DNA from: Nitrospirales bacterium
GTDB taxonomy: Bacteria; Nitrospirota; Nitrospiria; Nitrospirales; UBA8639
Reading direction: 5' to 3'
DNA length: 64,000 nt
Assembly: GCA_965203295.1 (NCBI GenBank)
Contig: CBDBCZ010000017.1
Span: 416,001 to 480,000 of the forward strand
Shown here piece after piece: positions 63,380-64,000 of this stretch; position 1 is the first letter of the stretch; each line of letters starts with the position of its first letter. The notes under the pieces are model-generated. The model was not told the DNA's origin. It searched no databases and saw only the letters and a list, made by a program, of their open reading frames with translations. A program made the position numbers and the translations under genes.

Positions 63380-64000
63380 TGGGGGAGAAAATTACTTACT
63401 AGTACTATTTTTAATTATGTGGCCAATGAAGATATTATCATAAAACTCTATATTTGATTCTGTATACTGTGCGGTATCACACCCAGGCTGCATGTATATA
63501 GTTCTATATGGAAGGTCGATTGCATGCATGACCTGATCAACCATAATGTGATTATGGCAGACGACACATTGCAAGCTGCCAATGTTTACTTGTTATTTTT
63601 TTGTTCCACATTAGGTTACCTTGTGCACTTGCTCACCCAATTGGCTAAGCAAGTGGCTGCACGAGGGAATCTCTTGTAAAATTAACGTGGAGCAACCAAA
63701 TTATTATAATATACACAACTGTATTGTAAAAATGCTAACACTATCTAGCTACTATAGAAGGCTTGCAATGACAATTCTCAAATCTCAACCATCTGGACAT
63801 AGTGTGGTTTTAGCATGGCTTCAGATTATATATACGTATTTTCTTAAAAGGACTCTAGATCTGCTTACACATATCTGAGCTTGAAGAAGACTCAGTTGGG
63901 TGGAAAGGTCATGTGTAGTACTGGTCATGTGTGAAGTTTTATCAAACTATATAATTTTGGCAACCCCGAGACTATCAACATTCTCTGCATCTGCTGTTCA

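Overview
Eukaryotic, intron-containing DNA with GT-AG splicing. The gene families and repeat types suggest a non-bilaterian animal, most likely a sponge (inference only). Four blocks. (1) 1-30.5 kb: tandem minus-strand array of 6-exon receptor genes encoding an N-terminal cytosolic segment, an extra TM helix, a Frizzled-type Cys-rich domain and a Frizzled/Smoothened-like 7TM bundle. There are three intact copies, one multiply broken copy containing a young, intact BEL/Pao LTR retrotransposon, one copy running off the left edge, and one orphan last exon. (2) 31-54.3 kb: the most interesting part, mis-called by the ORF track. It holds six two-exon minus-strand genes alternating type A and type B. 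Each encodes signal peptide + six-cysteine CS-alpha-beta (defensin-like) domain + Gly/Pro/Arg collagen-like linker + acidic Tyr-containing tail ending EPEVMGPW, set in ~10 kb tandem duplications built from direct and inverted modules. (3) A 4-exon SVIP homologue with an apparent 2-nt frame problem. (4) A 5-exon GT43 glucuronosyltransferase (B3GAT-like). Many MITEs are scattered through the window (AcademH-like, Kolobok-like, pogo/Tc1-like, P-like, Helentron-like). All exon boundaries were read by eye and no database search was run.
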